This document shows, piece after piece, positions 47,150 to 58,684 of a DNA stretch of 64,000 nucleotides (the first letter of the stretch is position 1; each line of letters opens with the position of its first letter). Where the stretch lies: contig RHPI01000260.1 in NCBI GenBank assembly GCA_009103225.1, positions 382,203 through 446,202 on the forward strand. The letters are read 5' to 3'. The notes beneath the pieces are model-generated. The model was given only the letters and a program-made list of their open reading frames with translations, was not told the DNA's origin and did not search any database. This DNA is from Chlorokybus atmophyticus (taxonomy: Eukaryota > Plantae > Mesostigma and Chlorokybus algae). The translations under genes and the position numbers were made by a program.

Positions 47150-47675
47150 TGTAACGGGAGCAATAATAATAGGGGTATTATTGCTACCTAAATAACACAT
47201 TTTGTATGAATAAGTATTTAAATATGCTTATTTATACCTCTTTTCTACGGTTCCTCGCTTATTAAAGGCTATGATGCTTTATCATAGCTTAAATAAGTCC
47301 CAATGGGTGTAGAACCGCTTATTCAAGCCTATTTAGTGTCACATTTGATATAATGTGATCACTATCTCGTTAGGTACCTTACGATAGGTATCTTTGGATA
47401 GGTACCTTATCGATAGGTACCTTATCTAAGCTGTGATTGGCTCACGCTAGATTTCCTAACTACCCTATCTGCAGGGTCGATGTCTAGTTGTGAGTTAATT
47501 ATCGAGAGGTATATAATTGATATACTCTTGATATAAAAGGTCACATCAATCTGATTTGGGGACTATTAATTCTCTGCTCAGTGGCGGCCACGCCGTTGAA
47601 AGGCTTGTCATAGGCGGTGTGGGTGTTGGGGTAGAGGATTGAAGGGGCATCACCGGCGACGGTGGTGCTGTTACA
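47150..47675 (+). repeat. 3' LTR of chromovirus B
   Basis: Direct repeat of 37359-37884, preceded by the PPT and followed by the TSD. Confidence 0.95.
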
Positions 47676-50600
47676 TATGGCAGGCATGGCTTTTGCAACT
47701 GCAAGCCGAGCCGGTAGGCATTGGGTCTGGAGCAGGATGACAGAGCGGATCAAGACAGAGACATGTGCAACGTAGTTTTAAGTTCAAGTGGGCACGCAGA
47801 GGCCACTTTGCAGTACATTGTATAGTCCAGTGTGGTTGGATTTCCACCCAGCTTGCGTCTTGGGGAGCAGCTAGCAGGGGGCGCTCTGATGCCTGACCTA
47901 CACGCCGACCCCATGCTAGCATAGGAGCCCTTGCTGTAGCTCCCTGCCATTGCACCTGTTCTCTCTGGAATTACTTGCCAAAGCTCGGGTACAGGTACAC
48001 CCTTTGCTCTTGTCGCATGCGGGCTCCGGTTCCCGCCCTCTCCAGGTGGACGCTCCTCTCCCCCTCCCTTGGCAGCAGATATGGGGTTCTATACATCGAC
48101 TTCCCCTCCCTCGCAAGATCCACTCCTTGCTGTGGCTGTGGCTGATCATGCACAAGGCCTTGTACACTGGAGACAAGCTCCGCCATATGAGCTTTTCTTC
48201 TGCCTGCCTATAATAATTGAAGGCCATGTTCACCGCTTTGTCCTCTGCGGCTTCTACACGAGTTTGGACCTGGCCCTTATCTCTGTTGCAGAGGATGGGA
48301 GGCTCCCCCTCATCCCTGCTCGTTGCTGACGCTCTCGTGTCTCACACACCTTGGAAGATGCAGCAACTATGGTGGCCTGTTTAGGCCTGTCACCTTGTGG
48401 CAGCAGCAATGGGATGGGCATTTCAAGGTATGACTCGTCTCCCCCTTCGTCTAGCGGCGTCACTGCTTTTGTAGCTGCTGAGAGTCATAAGCCAATGCGG
48501 ATGCATGGCTGAAGGTCTGCCCAGCTCCTCTGGAGGATGATGCCCACCTGCAAACCTTCTGCTTGCTCCTCGTTTTGGAGTGCGGGGGAAGAGCTATGAA
48601 CTTGTGCACGGCAGCTTCCAATCCCCCTTATACAGTCTTTCCCTTTTCCGTCATGTTAACATACCGCTCTGGCAGAACACATGCACCTTTTGTTTGTCAA
48701 TTTGTCAATTTGTCAATTTCAATTCTTTTTCGATCTTTGCAACGGCGCTGCAGGCTCATTAATGATTGCAATGACCATTCATAATTCGTAATCTAAGCCC
48801 TATGAAAGGCATGTACCTGCCTTCTACAAGCCGTCCGGTTTTCGTCGGCTTGGAGTCTCAAACCAATTTTGATGTTTAATCAATTGTTGCCGACCGCACT
48901 GAAGAATTGTAAACAATTAGCATGATGGCTATAAGTGTTTTCTTCATCGGATGTTTTGTGATGTGGTATGTGGTACATGCTTGACGCACGGCATTCAAAC
49001 TATGTGCATAACAAGAGGGTGAGCACGTACTGGTAGCTTTACAATAGGAGGTTATATGTATTATGTAACAATGTCTTTAGTCTGCAATTCATGGATGCTC
49101 ACCGCAAGTAATAAAGCTTATTGCAACCATAAGACAGAAAAGAGGGAGAGTGCATATGCTGAATCAAGGTATCTAGGAATCTATGAATTTTGCAGTGGAC
49201 GATCACCAATCGTTCATATGATTACAATCATGTGGGATTTTTATTATATACTCGGTATTATAACAATGAATCACTTAAATGAAATGTGATTAACTATGCA
49301 TCTACCAGTAATAATGTATCATGCCATATTGTTATATATCTATCAAGATGTGATTAACGTGTGATTTGAGACGAGCTGATGTATAACCCGTTGTTTGCAT
49401 GGGTATTTATATTCATGTCTTTACCACGGAAACATGATTCATTGAAAATCCTTAAATGTACAACCTATTTTTACTTTCATCTTGCTAGGTTACCAAAATG
49501 CTCATCTTACGTAAAAACTATAAACAATTTTAGTCACAATCGTATCAACAACAGCATGTGTTATTTAAAAATAAACATACACATGATGTTGGGCATTGTT
49601 ATGTGTATACATATATAAATTTCTAACAACTTCGAAAGGTTCACGCCACAAGGCGCAATTAAACCGCAGTAGATGCTTTGTCGCATTTGCAAAGCACGCA
49701 ACGTGTTTATATTTTACGCAAACGTGGATTTGTTGCTGCCGTTTGTTAAACACAAATTCACTTTTATGCACATCATGTGCATTTATTAATACACATGATG
49801 GAGCTTGATAACATCAGTGTTGTTGTTACAAGTGTCAATCACAACATACCACATAAGATACAACATCATGCTGTTATTTACCTTTGCGATTGTAATCACA
49901 ATAGCATTACATGTTGCTGCAACGACTTGCTCATTATGGTTCATATGGGTAAGCCATTAAAGCCCCTTTTGTTCATCAAGCTTGATAAACATGTGGGGCC
50001 TCAATGGCTAGTCTCTTACCCTGCTTGAAAAAGGAAGCATACAAATTTGTACAATGCAACATGCACTTCCAAGTTTGAGGGGAGGTGGTTCGGGGAGGGN
50101 TTATTGTAAAGCATATATGAGCGGTTAGAATTTTATGCCTTCATTTCTCAATTGATATTTTAACCAAATATCATTATAATGCATCGCAATAATTTTGCAT
50201 GCAAGATAATGCCATATCAAATGTAAAGCAGCAAAAGTGTTAATCACAATACGCTTAGGTGAGCATAATCTTATGTATATTGATTATGCTCACATACGGT
50301 GCCACTCAATTGCCACACTTAGCATCTGCACCAAACCGTTAGTAAAACCCTCACTATTAATTTTTGCCACATTGGCATCTGCACCAAACCGTTAGCAAAA
50401 CCCTTATTGAAAATTTACGCCTTCCGAGTGATTGTATGTATATAACTGGTATCACTGACTGTGTGTAATTTAAGGTGTTACCTTGCATCAATGGAGAATC
50501 TGTAACACGCAAGCAACACGATGCAAGGCGCCCTGTGCAGGTAAGACTTATGCCGCCCTATGCTGTTTGGTATGCAGCATAATGCAGGCTGCACAACAGG

Positions 50601-51440
50601 ACTGCCGCAACTGCATAACATTGAATGCCTATATCAGCGCTAGACTAGCCGTTTATCGTACGGCAGAACCCACTCCGATGGACTTTCGTCCGTCCACTTC
50701 ATACCCATCGGACGGCTAAGCGGTGTATCCCGAATGCCCGTTATGACTTTGAACTGACCGAGTCGTCAAGCTCAACGCAATGCACTGGCCTCAGCGCTAC
50801 ACTGCAGAGCAAGCAGCCTGGCCTGGTGGTGGACCGGACCAAACTAGGCCAAGACACGACGCCCGACCAGGGGCGATCAGGCCGGACCACGCCCAGGCCT
50901 AGCCTGAAGGCAACGGCGTTGTTGGGTACGCAGCTGGTGGTGGCGGTGGTGGCGCTGGCGTGGTGATCGGCTCACTGGTGAGAGCGTTGCGTTGATGGCA
51001 GTGGGATTGAATACGTCATAAACCAGCATAAGCTGATCAGTAGACTGACTTTTTAACTTTGAGAACAGCACGAAACATTAACATGACGGCTGATGCTCAC
51101 TGCCTTTACTGCTGTAACATTCTTTACTGTGTGGTTTAGCTTGATGACAATCACCGCAAAGGTGCCTACAGCTAAGGGCTGGACTCCTGCCTGCAGGTTT
51201 CTGCCCTCAAGTTGCTAGTCTACATGTTGAACAATATAGCAGGCTTGCATGCCTGACAGCCAAGCACGGACTTTGTGGAAAAAGAGGAAGTGAGTGCCTG
51301 AGTTAGTGTTTAAGCAATGTCAGTATAGCTGGAAGATGGCAAAGGTAAAGAGTTGCTAATGACTTCGCAATAGGCGTGGCCGTCGACGTGATCAAGCAGG
51401 CGCCGCAGCACAAAGCAGCTGCTGGCGAGTTTGGAAACCA

Positions 51441-54113
51441 ATGCGGGTGCTGTTGTCAGCAGTGGCGGTGCTGCTGCTGATTGGGTTGCACGTCATGTTG
51501 GTACACACGCATGCGGATGTTGGCGACTTGGGAGCGCCGCCCCCGCCTGCTGGCCACGGAGGCCAAGGCAACTTGTCTCCTCCTTCAACCTCGCCAGACC
51601 ACACCGTGGCCCCCGCCCCACCCCCGCCTCCGCCCCCGCCAGACAGCGATGCAGACTTCACGCCACCTCAGGTGTGTGCCAGCCAAAGCTCGTGCGCATA
51701 TTCATGAAAGTGCGAGCGAGTGTATGCCTGTTAGCAGACACGCATGCGCATGTGTGTGCTTGTCTTTTGTGCCAATGTGCACTTGTCTGCAGGCGCGTCC
51801 TACTTCATCTCTATATCCTCCTTCCCCACCTGTGCAAAGTCCCCCTCCTCCCTCTGTGTATTCCTCACCTCCAACATCACCTCCTCCTCCTTCTCCTCCT
51901 GTTCTTTCTCCCCCGCCAATTGAGCTGCTAACCGGGCCATTTTCCTGGAACATCAGCGCTTGGGGACCATGCAATGCAACTTGTGGAGGAGGCATCCAGG
52001 TTAGCTGCATTGTCTTCGTAGTGTATTGTTGTTGTTGTTGTTGTTGTATTTGGCCGTGGTGCTGTTGCTGTCAGTGGTTGTGGGTGGTGGCATTGTTGTT
52101 GCTGCTGTTGCTGCCGTCGCTGCTGTTGCTTTGCTAATAACGTGTACATGTGGCCAGAGTCGCAATGTACAGTGTGTGGATGCGTATGGAAGGGAGATTG
52201 CCGAGGCGCTATGTCCGACTTCAGCGCCTGATTCAACACAACTCTGCAATGTAGCGACGTGTCCAACATACCGCACTTATGCAGCCTCGCGGCCTCAGGA
52301 CTGTCCTGTCACATGCGGTGGCGGGGAGCTGCAAGACTCAATGCTGTGCGTGAGCTCGTACGGTGTAGTCGTGGACACAAGTATGTGTGGACTGCGTGGT
52401 GAGGATGTCACACGCACGCAGACATGCAGCAACACCACGTGCAGTGCATTCAAGTGGGTCGTCGGTGCGTGGAGCCCGTGTGATGAACCGTGCGGGGGAG
52501 GCGTGTCCATGAGAACAGCCAAGTGCGTCGACTCGCGCTCAGGAGCGCGCGTGAATGACACATTGTGCGCGAAGCAACAAGTTGTGCTAAAGAAGGCGTG
52601 TAACACGACCCCTTGCCAGAGCTACTACTGGCGCATTGGTGAGTGGAGCGAGTGCGATCAGATTTGCGGAGGAGGGGAGAGTAGCAGAGAAGTTATGTGC
52701 ATAGACTCGCTGTCTTCCAACACAATGGACGATGCTTTCTGCTCTGCTGCCACGCCAAAGCCTGCCACACTGCAAGCGTGTAATGTGCTGAAGTGCGACT
52801 TCTGCGCCAACGAGACGTGTTTGGGGCGCGGCGTGTGTTACGACGGCGTGTGCACGTGCGATGCCAACTATACTGGCGACAAGTGTCTCGTGCCTGTTGG
52901 GTGCAACTCTACTGTGGATAGATACAACAACTGCTGCAATTCGGGTGTCGTCAGCGTGTTGGGACTTTGCTGCAACGGCACTTCTCCTGTTCTTGACGTG
53001 CGGGGCGAATGTTGTGCCCAAGGTAATGTGGACGCGTGTGGCGTGTGCGGAGGGAAGGCTATTGTTGTGGACGTGGCGGGCGCGTGTTGCAACACTCTTC
53101 TCGATGGCGCGGGTTACTGCTGCAAGAGCGGGTTTGTTGACGAATGTTGGGTGTGCGATGGAGATGGCAGCAGCTGCGTGACGAAGATCGTTGTAAGCGC
53201 ACTGGTTGAAGCCAACATAACCGAGGCATCCATGCTGAGACCGCGCATTGAGACAAACATTGCCTCTGCGCTGGCTATCTCAGTTGTTGGAGTCAACGCC
53301 ACATCCGTTGCAGTTGACACCAACGTCAACACCCACGCAAAGCGTCGTATGCTTGCTGCAGAAGTAGCGCCTGTGACAGCAACAGTGACAATCCAAGGGC
53401 AACGCAGCACGCAGTTAAGTGAACCCGCCATTGAGACAGCACTGTTGGGTTTCAAGTCAGACCCGCTGCTGCGCTTTGTGAGAGTGGTGTCGGCATCCAG
53501 GCAAGGAGTATGTGGGAATGGCATCTGCGAGGTGCACGAAAGATGCACAAGTGACGCAAACCAATCATGTTGCAAAAAGGACTGTCCGTTTGTTTTGACC
53601 TTGTGTCCTGCACCCGAGTACAACCACCTAGTATGTGGCGGGTACGGCAAATGTTATACATCTTCAGGCCAGTGCGAGTGTTACGTTGGCCACACGGGTT
53701 CCGACTGCAGCGAGTGTTCCAACAGCTTCCAGCGCAACGCAGACTACGAGTGTGTGCCCGACTTGGCCGTGTTGTTTGGAGGAGACATCCTCACCCCGCG
53801 TGAGGGGGATGGCTCACATGCTGCACCCGCTCCCGGCCCCCAACATGGTGCACCCGTGTCTCACGGCTTGTCCGGGCGCTCTATCGCAGTGATTGTGTCG
53901 GCTGGCGTGGCGGGACTGATGTTCTCTGCAACCATTGCGGCTTTTGCTGTCATTGCGTGGAGGAGGCGAAGAAGACGCATGCGCCAACAACTCCACATGT
54001 TGTTGGGTATTTCCCCGCCTTACGACCTTGAGAGACTCAACTCTAGACTGATGCACAGACATCCGTCGCTTGATACCCCGTTGATACCTGGCTCAATAGC
54101 CGTGTTTGTGTAG
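51441..54113 (+). CDS. Type-I membrane protein: signal peptide, Pro-rich (SPn) region, 4 TSP1 repeats, EGF-like and Cys-rich modules, TM helix; 3 exons, about 797 aa
   Basis: Exons 51441-51671, 51793-51999 and 52158-54113, all phase 0 with GT-AG. W..W..C...CGGG...R.V.C repeats x4. EGF CLGRGVC...CTCDANYTGDKC and CGGYGKC...CECYVGHTGSDC. TM IAVIVSAGVAGLMFSATIAAFAVIAW followed by RRRRRR. Confidence 0.9.
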
Positions 54114-54242
54114 CAGTATTCACGCTGTTGGTGTGGTCCTGCTTGTTGTTGAACGTGTTCACTCAACATCGAGTGACTTTGTGCAGTTAATCAAGGCAAT
54201 GCCAGGTTTTGAGTGCGACCAGTAATTTGTGTGCAACTGCTG

Positions 54243-57200
54243 CTACTCTACGGTCTGCATGTCCATATCCACTATGGCATTCTGATCCCATCTTAATATG
54301 ATCTTTGTGTTGCGACGCTCTTCACATGCGTGCTCGAGAGCTTCAGTGAACTCCGTGGCCATGTCATACCTGTCAGTGACATCGCTCGTCAGTCTGTGCT
54401 GTACAAGCATGCACTCAGCAATGGAGTGTGTGTTGGACTCACTCTGTGTAAGGGATGTCTATTTTTCCGGTGTTGACGAGCTTTGCCAGCTGCTCCAGCA
54501 TTGGCAGCAGCTACTTGGCCATGAGCAGCATGTAAATGGCGTTCAAAATTGCAGTTTTATACATGCACACAGTGAGATGCATTGGCCAGCGCACACACAA
54601 GCAGTCTGTACAGTGAAACACGTGTGGTATGTGGCACTCACGCATCACATACCTTGTCTCTATTGTTGTCCACCCACTGTGCAAGTGAGAACCCGCGCAC
54701 GTGCAGGTCCTGCACATGATACATTGCGTGCATGTTGGCAGCGACTCCACTGTCATTGTCGTGCTGTGAATATGCGTCATGTGTACGGTGAACTTACCCT
54801 GCAGACCCACTGGTGCCACGCAAACGTGGGTGGCTTGGCGCTGGCGCACGCGTACACGACGAGCGAGCCGCCCTCGCACAGGCTCTCCGCCAGCCTCACG
54901 GCAGAGTACCCGCCGACGCCATCGAGGGTGAGTTTCAGCCGCGCGTAGCTCTTGTTGGTCTCAAGGGCGTGCTTGATCGAGCCCTCGTCGGGAAGCACTA
55001 AGTCTGCACCGAGGTCCTGCAGGGGAAGGAGGAGGTTGCTCACGTGCTCCTCAAGCGAATCAGTGGATGTGAGTGGGTGAGAGATGGAGTGTGAATGTGG
55101 GGTTGAATGCGAATGAGTCAGTCAGTGAGTAATGAGACGACAGTAGAAAGACTAAGTGACTGAGTGAGCGAGGTAGCGCGCAAGTGTTCGTTTGTATCTT
55201 TCCGTTGTTTGCATGCGTTTTGTACAATGCTTAGTGTAGTGTAAAGTGTGTAAAAGCAGCGATGTCGTCAAGTTCACCATGTGTGGTTGACTCACTGTGA
55301 GGGACTGGGCAAGGGACTCGTAGTTATCCGACTTCCTGATGACGGCAACCGTGTGTAGCCTCAGCATCTTGCAGAGCTGGATGACAACCTGAGGCAAAGG
55401 CGTCACCAGTCAGACAAACAGTCATGCAATAGGCAGGACACCGCTGTGCTAAATCCGTTTCATCTCAATAATTACTCGTTGTTCAATACCAAAGTAATTA
55501 TTCAGATGGGACAGCGTCCCGAGCACTCATACTTGTATGACAGGACTCCCAGCCTATCAGTTGCAATCTGCAATGTTGCTGCAATGAATTGTCAGATACA
55601 CATTGTTACTGACTCTCGCACGCCCAATTGCACGCACACACATGCATGCAGGTGTACACACGCATGCATGCTCACGCATGAACACACAGCATCATGTGCA
55701 AGCACCAGCGACTCCACGCACCCGTCCAACAGTGGAGTTGGCAGCGTTGAGTGCGACCCAGCATCCGGGCAGCACGTCCGCGGCGTCCTCAAGCAGACGG
55801 TACGCGCAGCAGAGGGACCGCCAGCTGGCTGCCAACTCGGGAGCCATCCACTCTTTGGGAATCTGCCATTGCGATTACTCATCTTTTGGACTGGACTGAT
55901 CATCACACTCACGCACAGGACCACATCACTTACTTTGATGAGGTCTTTCTCTCGCAGGACGGCGAGCGGGCGCCAAGTCCCGAGTGGCCCGCTCGGGTGG
56001 GCCAAAGGCAGCGCCCAGTCGCCTTCACGCAACCGGGTGCATCCGGGACCCACCTGCATGTGTGTAATGTGAGGCGTGTTCAACAGTGGGTGCGAGGCAA
56101 GGGGGAGAGCGTGTTGTTGTGTGTTACGACTTTTGTCACTGTGCAGACGGCGTCCCAGCCTGCTGCAAAAGGAGGCGCAGGGGCTTCGCCGCCTCGGGGA
56201 CCACCCATCGGCACCGCAGAGCCAACCTGCAGCGCACATACGCTTACCGTTATGGTGCATTCTTGTTGAAACAACAGATTGTTCAATGGTTGTTTGTTAG
56301 TGCCACACTCACTTGGCACGTGATCAGGTCCGTTGTGGAGATGGGAGCTGCCAGCATGGTCACCAGTACCTGTATGCGGTGATGTTGGCATGCTACAAAT
56401 TATAACCTTGCTGTCTTCTTGCAAACAGTACAACAGTCGTATGATCATCATAGTCTACCTGGCCATACTCTAGTTGCGCCGGCAGCTCCTCAAACGACAT
56501 TTTGACCACTTCAACGGGCTTGCCCAACCTTGTGACCTGAAGTGGTTGGCACCAGTAAGACCACAGAGCACATCCAACACATAACATGTTACTAACTTGT
56601 GAGTGGCTCATCAGAAACTCGCAGTGGCAGGTTAAAGCAAGATATACTCACTGTTGCTTGGCAGCACTTCACACGCGGAAGAGGCACTGCTACATAGCCG
56701 GAGCTGTCGACACCAAACTGCAGAACAAAGGATACAACACCACTGGTATACCACAAATGCTATCCCACAAACCATCTTCTTAAGCACCAAGTGATGTGTC
56801 AGAGTGCGTGATAGCATACCGTCTCCACTATGTCTGAATCTGTCACGGCGCTCTTGATGGCATCTCCTCGGCTGCACACATGCACAATATTGGTGAACTA
56901 TAGCCTGTTGTTCACCAATCCTGAGGATTTTGGCTTAGCGCTGCATTATTCCAGAACCACATGCATTGCAAAACCACTTGCATTCTACAACCACACTCGG
57001 ACAGCATGCTTGTTTCATGTGACTCTCACCTTCGCATAAATGCTTCAAAGCGGGCAGTGTGGCTGTGAGATTCAGCATCTTGTCTCACAGTGAGCTGCCA
57101 CACAACGCAACCACTATGACGCAATGGCCCCACAAAACGACAATCAAATGCCCACACTCAACACAACAGTACTCACAGCATCCGCCATGCTCTCCCTCTC

Positions 57201-58358
57201 CTCCTCCTGCCTTCTCCTCTCCATCCTGTCGCGGTAGGCGCCCCCACCGAAGCTGTCAAGCAGCTCCTCGTCGGGGGTCTTCTCCACCTTACCAGTCTCA
57301 TCATACATCCTCCTCTGCAGTATAAATCAGTCAACCACCACCACCATCAACAACAACATGATAAACAGCAGTACCTTCTCAGAGTCAGAGAGCACGTCAT
57401 GGGCGCGCCTGACGGCCGCAAAGGCATGCTCGTCACCGCCCTTGTCGGGATGCAGCCGCGTGGCGAGCGTCTTGAACGCACGGCGGATCTGAAGCGAAAG
57501 CAACCAACACACAGCATCACTCCGCAGACATGCAGGCCTTCCTTTCGTCAGATTTGTGTTAGTTCAGAGAAACAGGGGGCGTGGGTGAAAGCATGCAGGT
57601 GCGAGTTGATTGACCAAGGGTCCCCCTGGTGTAGGGAGAGGACGTGGGAGAGAGTGGAGAAGTTGAATAAAAGCATGGAGGAATGAGTCAGAGACAGAGA
57701 GAGGCTATAGCCTCTCTGTCTGTGACTTAAGCTTTTGGCTAAGACTTTGTCAAAAATTGATCTAAGACCTTGACAGATAACCATTCCCTCCCAATAACTC
57801 CCTCCAGATACAACTGCGTTTGTTATCCTATGCAGCATGCTGTATAGGATTCAAGTTTGCACCCTTAAATGGAGACTGAAATCAAGCATGCCAACCGGAT
57901 TGTTCGAGGGATGAAAAAGCGATTGGAACCGGGGGGCATTCATTCAGTTTTTGTTGCCGTATTGTTTACTTGGGGGGGGGGGGGGGGGGGGGNNNNNNNN
58001 NNNNNNNNNNNNNNNNNNNNNNNNNNNNNNNNNNNNNNNNNNNNNNNNNNNNNNNNNNNNNNNNNNNNNNNNNNNNNNNNNNNNNNNNNNNNNNNNNNNN
58101 NNNNNNNNNNNNNNNNNNNNGGGGGGGGGGGACATGCTGCTCTACCTCGGTGGCAGTGGCTTTCCGGTTGACATTGAGCACTTGGTAAGGGTTGAACGCC
58201 TGCTGCTGTTCAGCTGCAGTCTGCTTTCCCCCTGCAGCCAGGGCCGGAGGCGCCAATTTAGGTCCTGAAGCGGAGCTCTCCGCAGCAGCAGCAGTCAGCG
58301 ACTCCGCCACCATCCCTCCTCCTGCACCAAAGCCCTCCTCCGCTGCCACCGGCGCCAT
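54243..58358 (-). CDS. DnaJ-domain + MDR-family trans-2-enoyl-CoA reductase (MECR/Etr1-like) fusion protein, multi-exon
   Basis: J domain NPYQVLNV...|IRRAFKTLATRLHPDKGG...|RRMYDETG. Phase-compatible linker exons lead into LGKPVEVVK, VLVTMLAAPISTTD, AYRLLED...ALNAANSTVG, VIQLCK, LTLDGVGG and VRGFSL. Stop TAG at 54245-54243. The ATG at 58358 is the likeliest start. Confidence 0.85.
57993..58120. other. Assembly gap flanked by poly-G, in intron 1 of the DnaJ fusion gene
   Basis: N run with G tracts at 57972-57992 and 58121-58131. Confidence 0.99.
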
Positions 58359-58684
58359 ACTACCACCCTCCTCTCCAGCCTGGCCTGGCTCTCCCACACA
58401 CATGCTCTCTCTCTGTGCATGCATGCGGTTAGACTTGACCGCAAACTCAGGCGCAGCAAGCAGTCCTCAAACCGCTGACCGCGATTACCTGACGGTGCCA
58501 AACGAACTGACGTTACGTAAGGCAACTGCTGCATGCGGTGACCCTCTTGACGCCTTAACAAGAATGCGCTGGCCCGGGATGTTAGGTTTAAGTCAAAGTT
58601 TAGGTTTAGCTTTGGGTTTGGGCTCACAACACTCTCGGCATTGTGTTGGGGATTAGCGGCAGTGGCGGTGGTGTGGGCGTCACG
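58359..58684. promoter_or_regulatory. Probable bidirectional promoter
   Basis: 326 bp between the divergent putative ATGs of the DnaJ fusion gene (58358, -) and RPAP1 (58685, +). No specific motif confirmed. Confidence 0.5.

Larger units (their letters stand above)
37359..47675 (+). mobile_element. Full-length decayed Ty3/Gypsy chromovirus B (contains a nested hAT)
   Basis: 526-bp LTRs at 37359-37884 and 47150-47675 (TGTAAC...GTTACA). TSD TATGG at 37354-37358 and 47676-47680. PBS-like TGGTATC after the 5' LTR. PPT AAGTGGGGGGGAA at 47137-47149. Confidence 0.96.

Noticed and set aside
50313-50404. About 40-bp direct repeat (GCATCTGCACCAAACCGTTAG)
   Set aside because: Only two copies; an ordinary local duplication with no further structure.
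50877-51071. GC-rich minus-strand Pro-rich ORF
   Set aside because: Too short, with no splice-consistent partner exons identified.
52020-52135. Hydrophobic N-terminal extension of the 695-aa ORF
   Set aside because: It lies in intron 2 (52000-52157) and derives from a (TTG)n microsatellite.
58595-58625. Telo-box-like TTAGGTTT motifs in the bidirectional promoter
   Set aside because: No perfect AAACCCTA/TAGGGTTT match.
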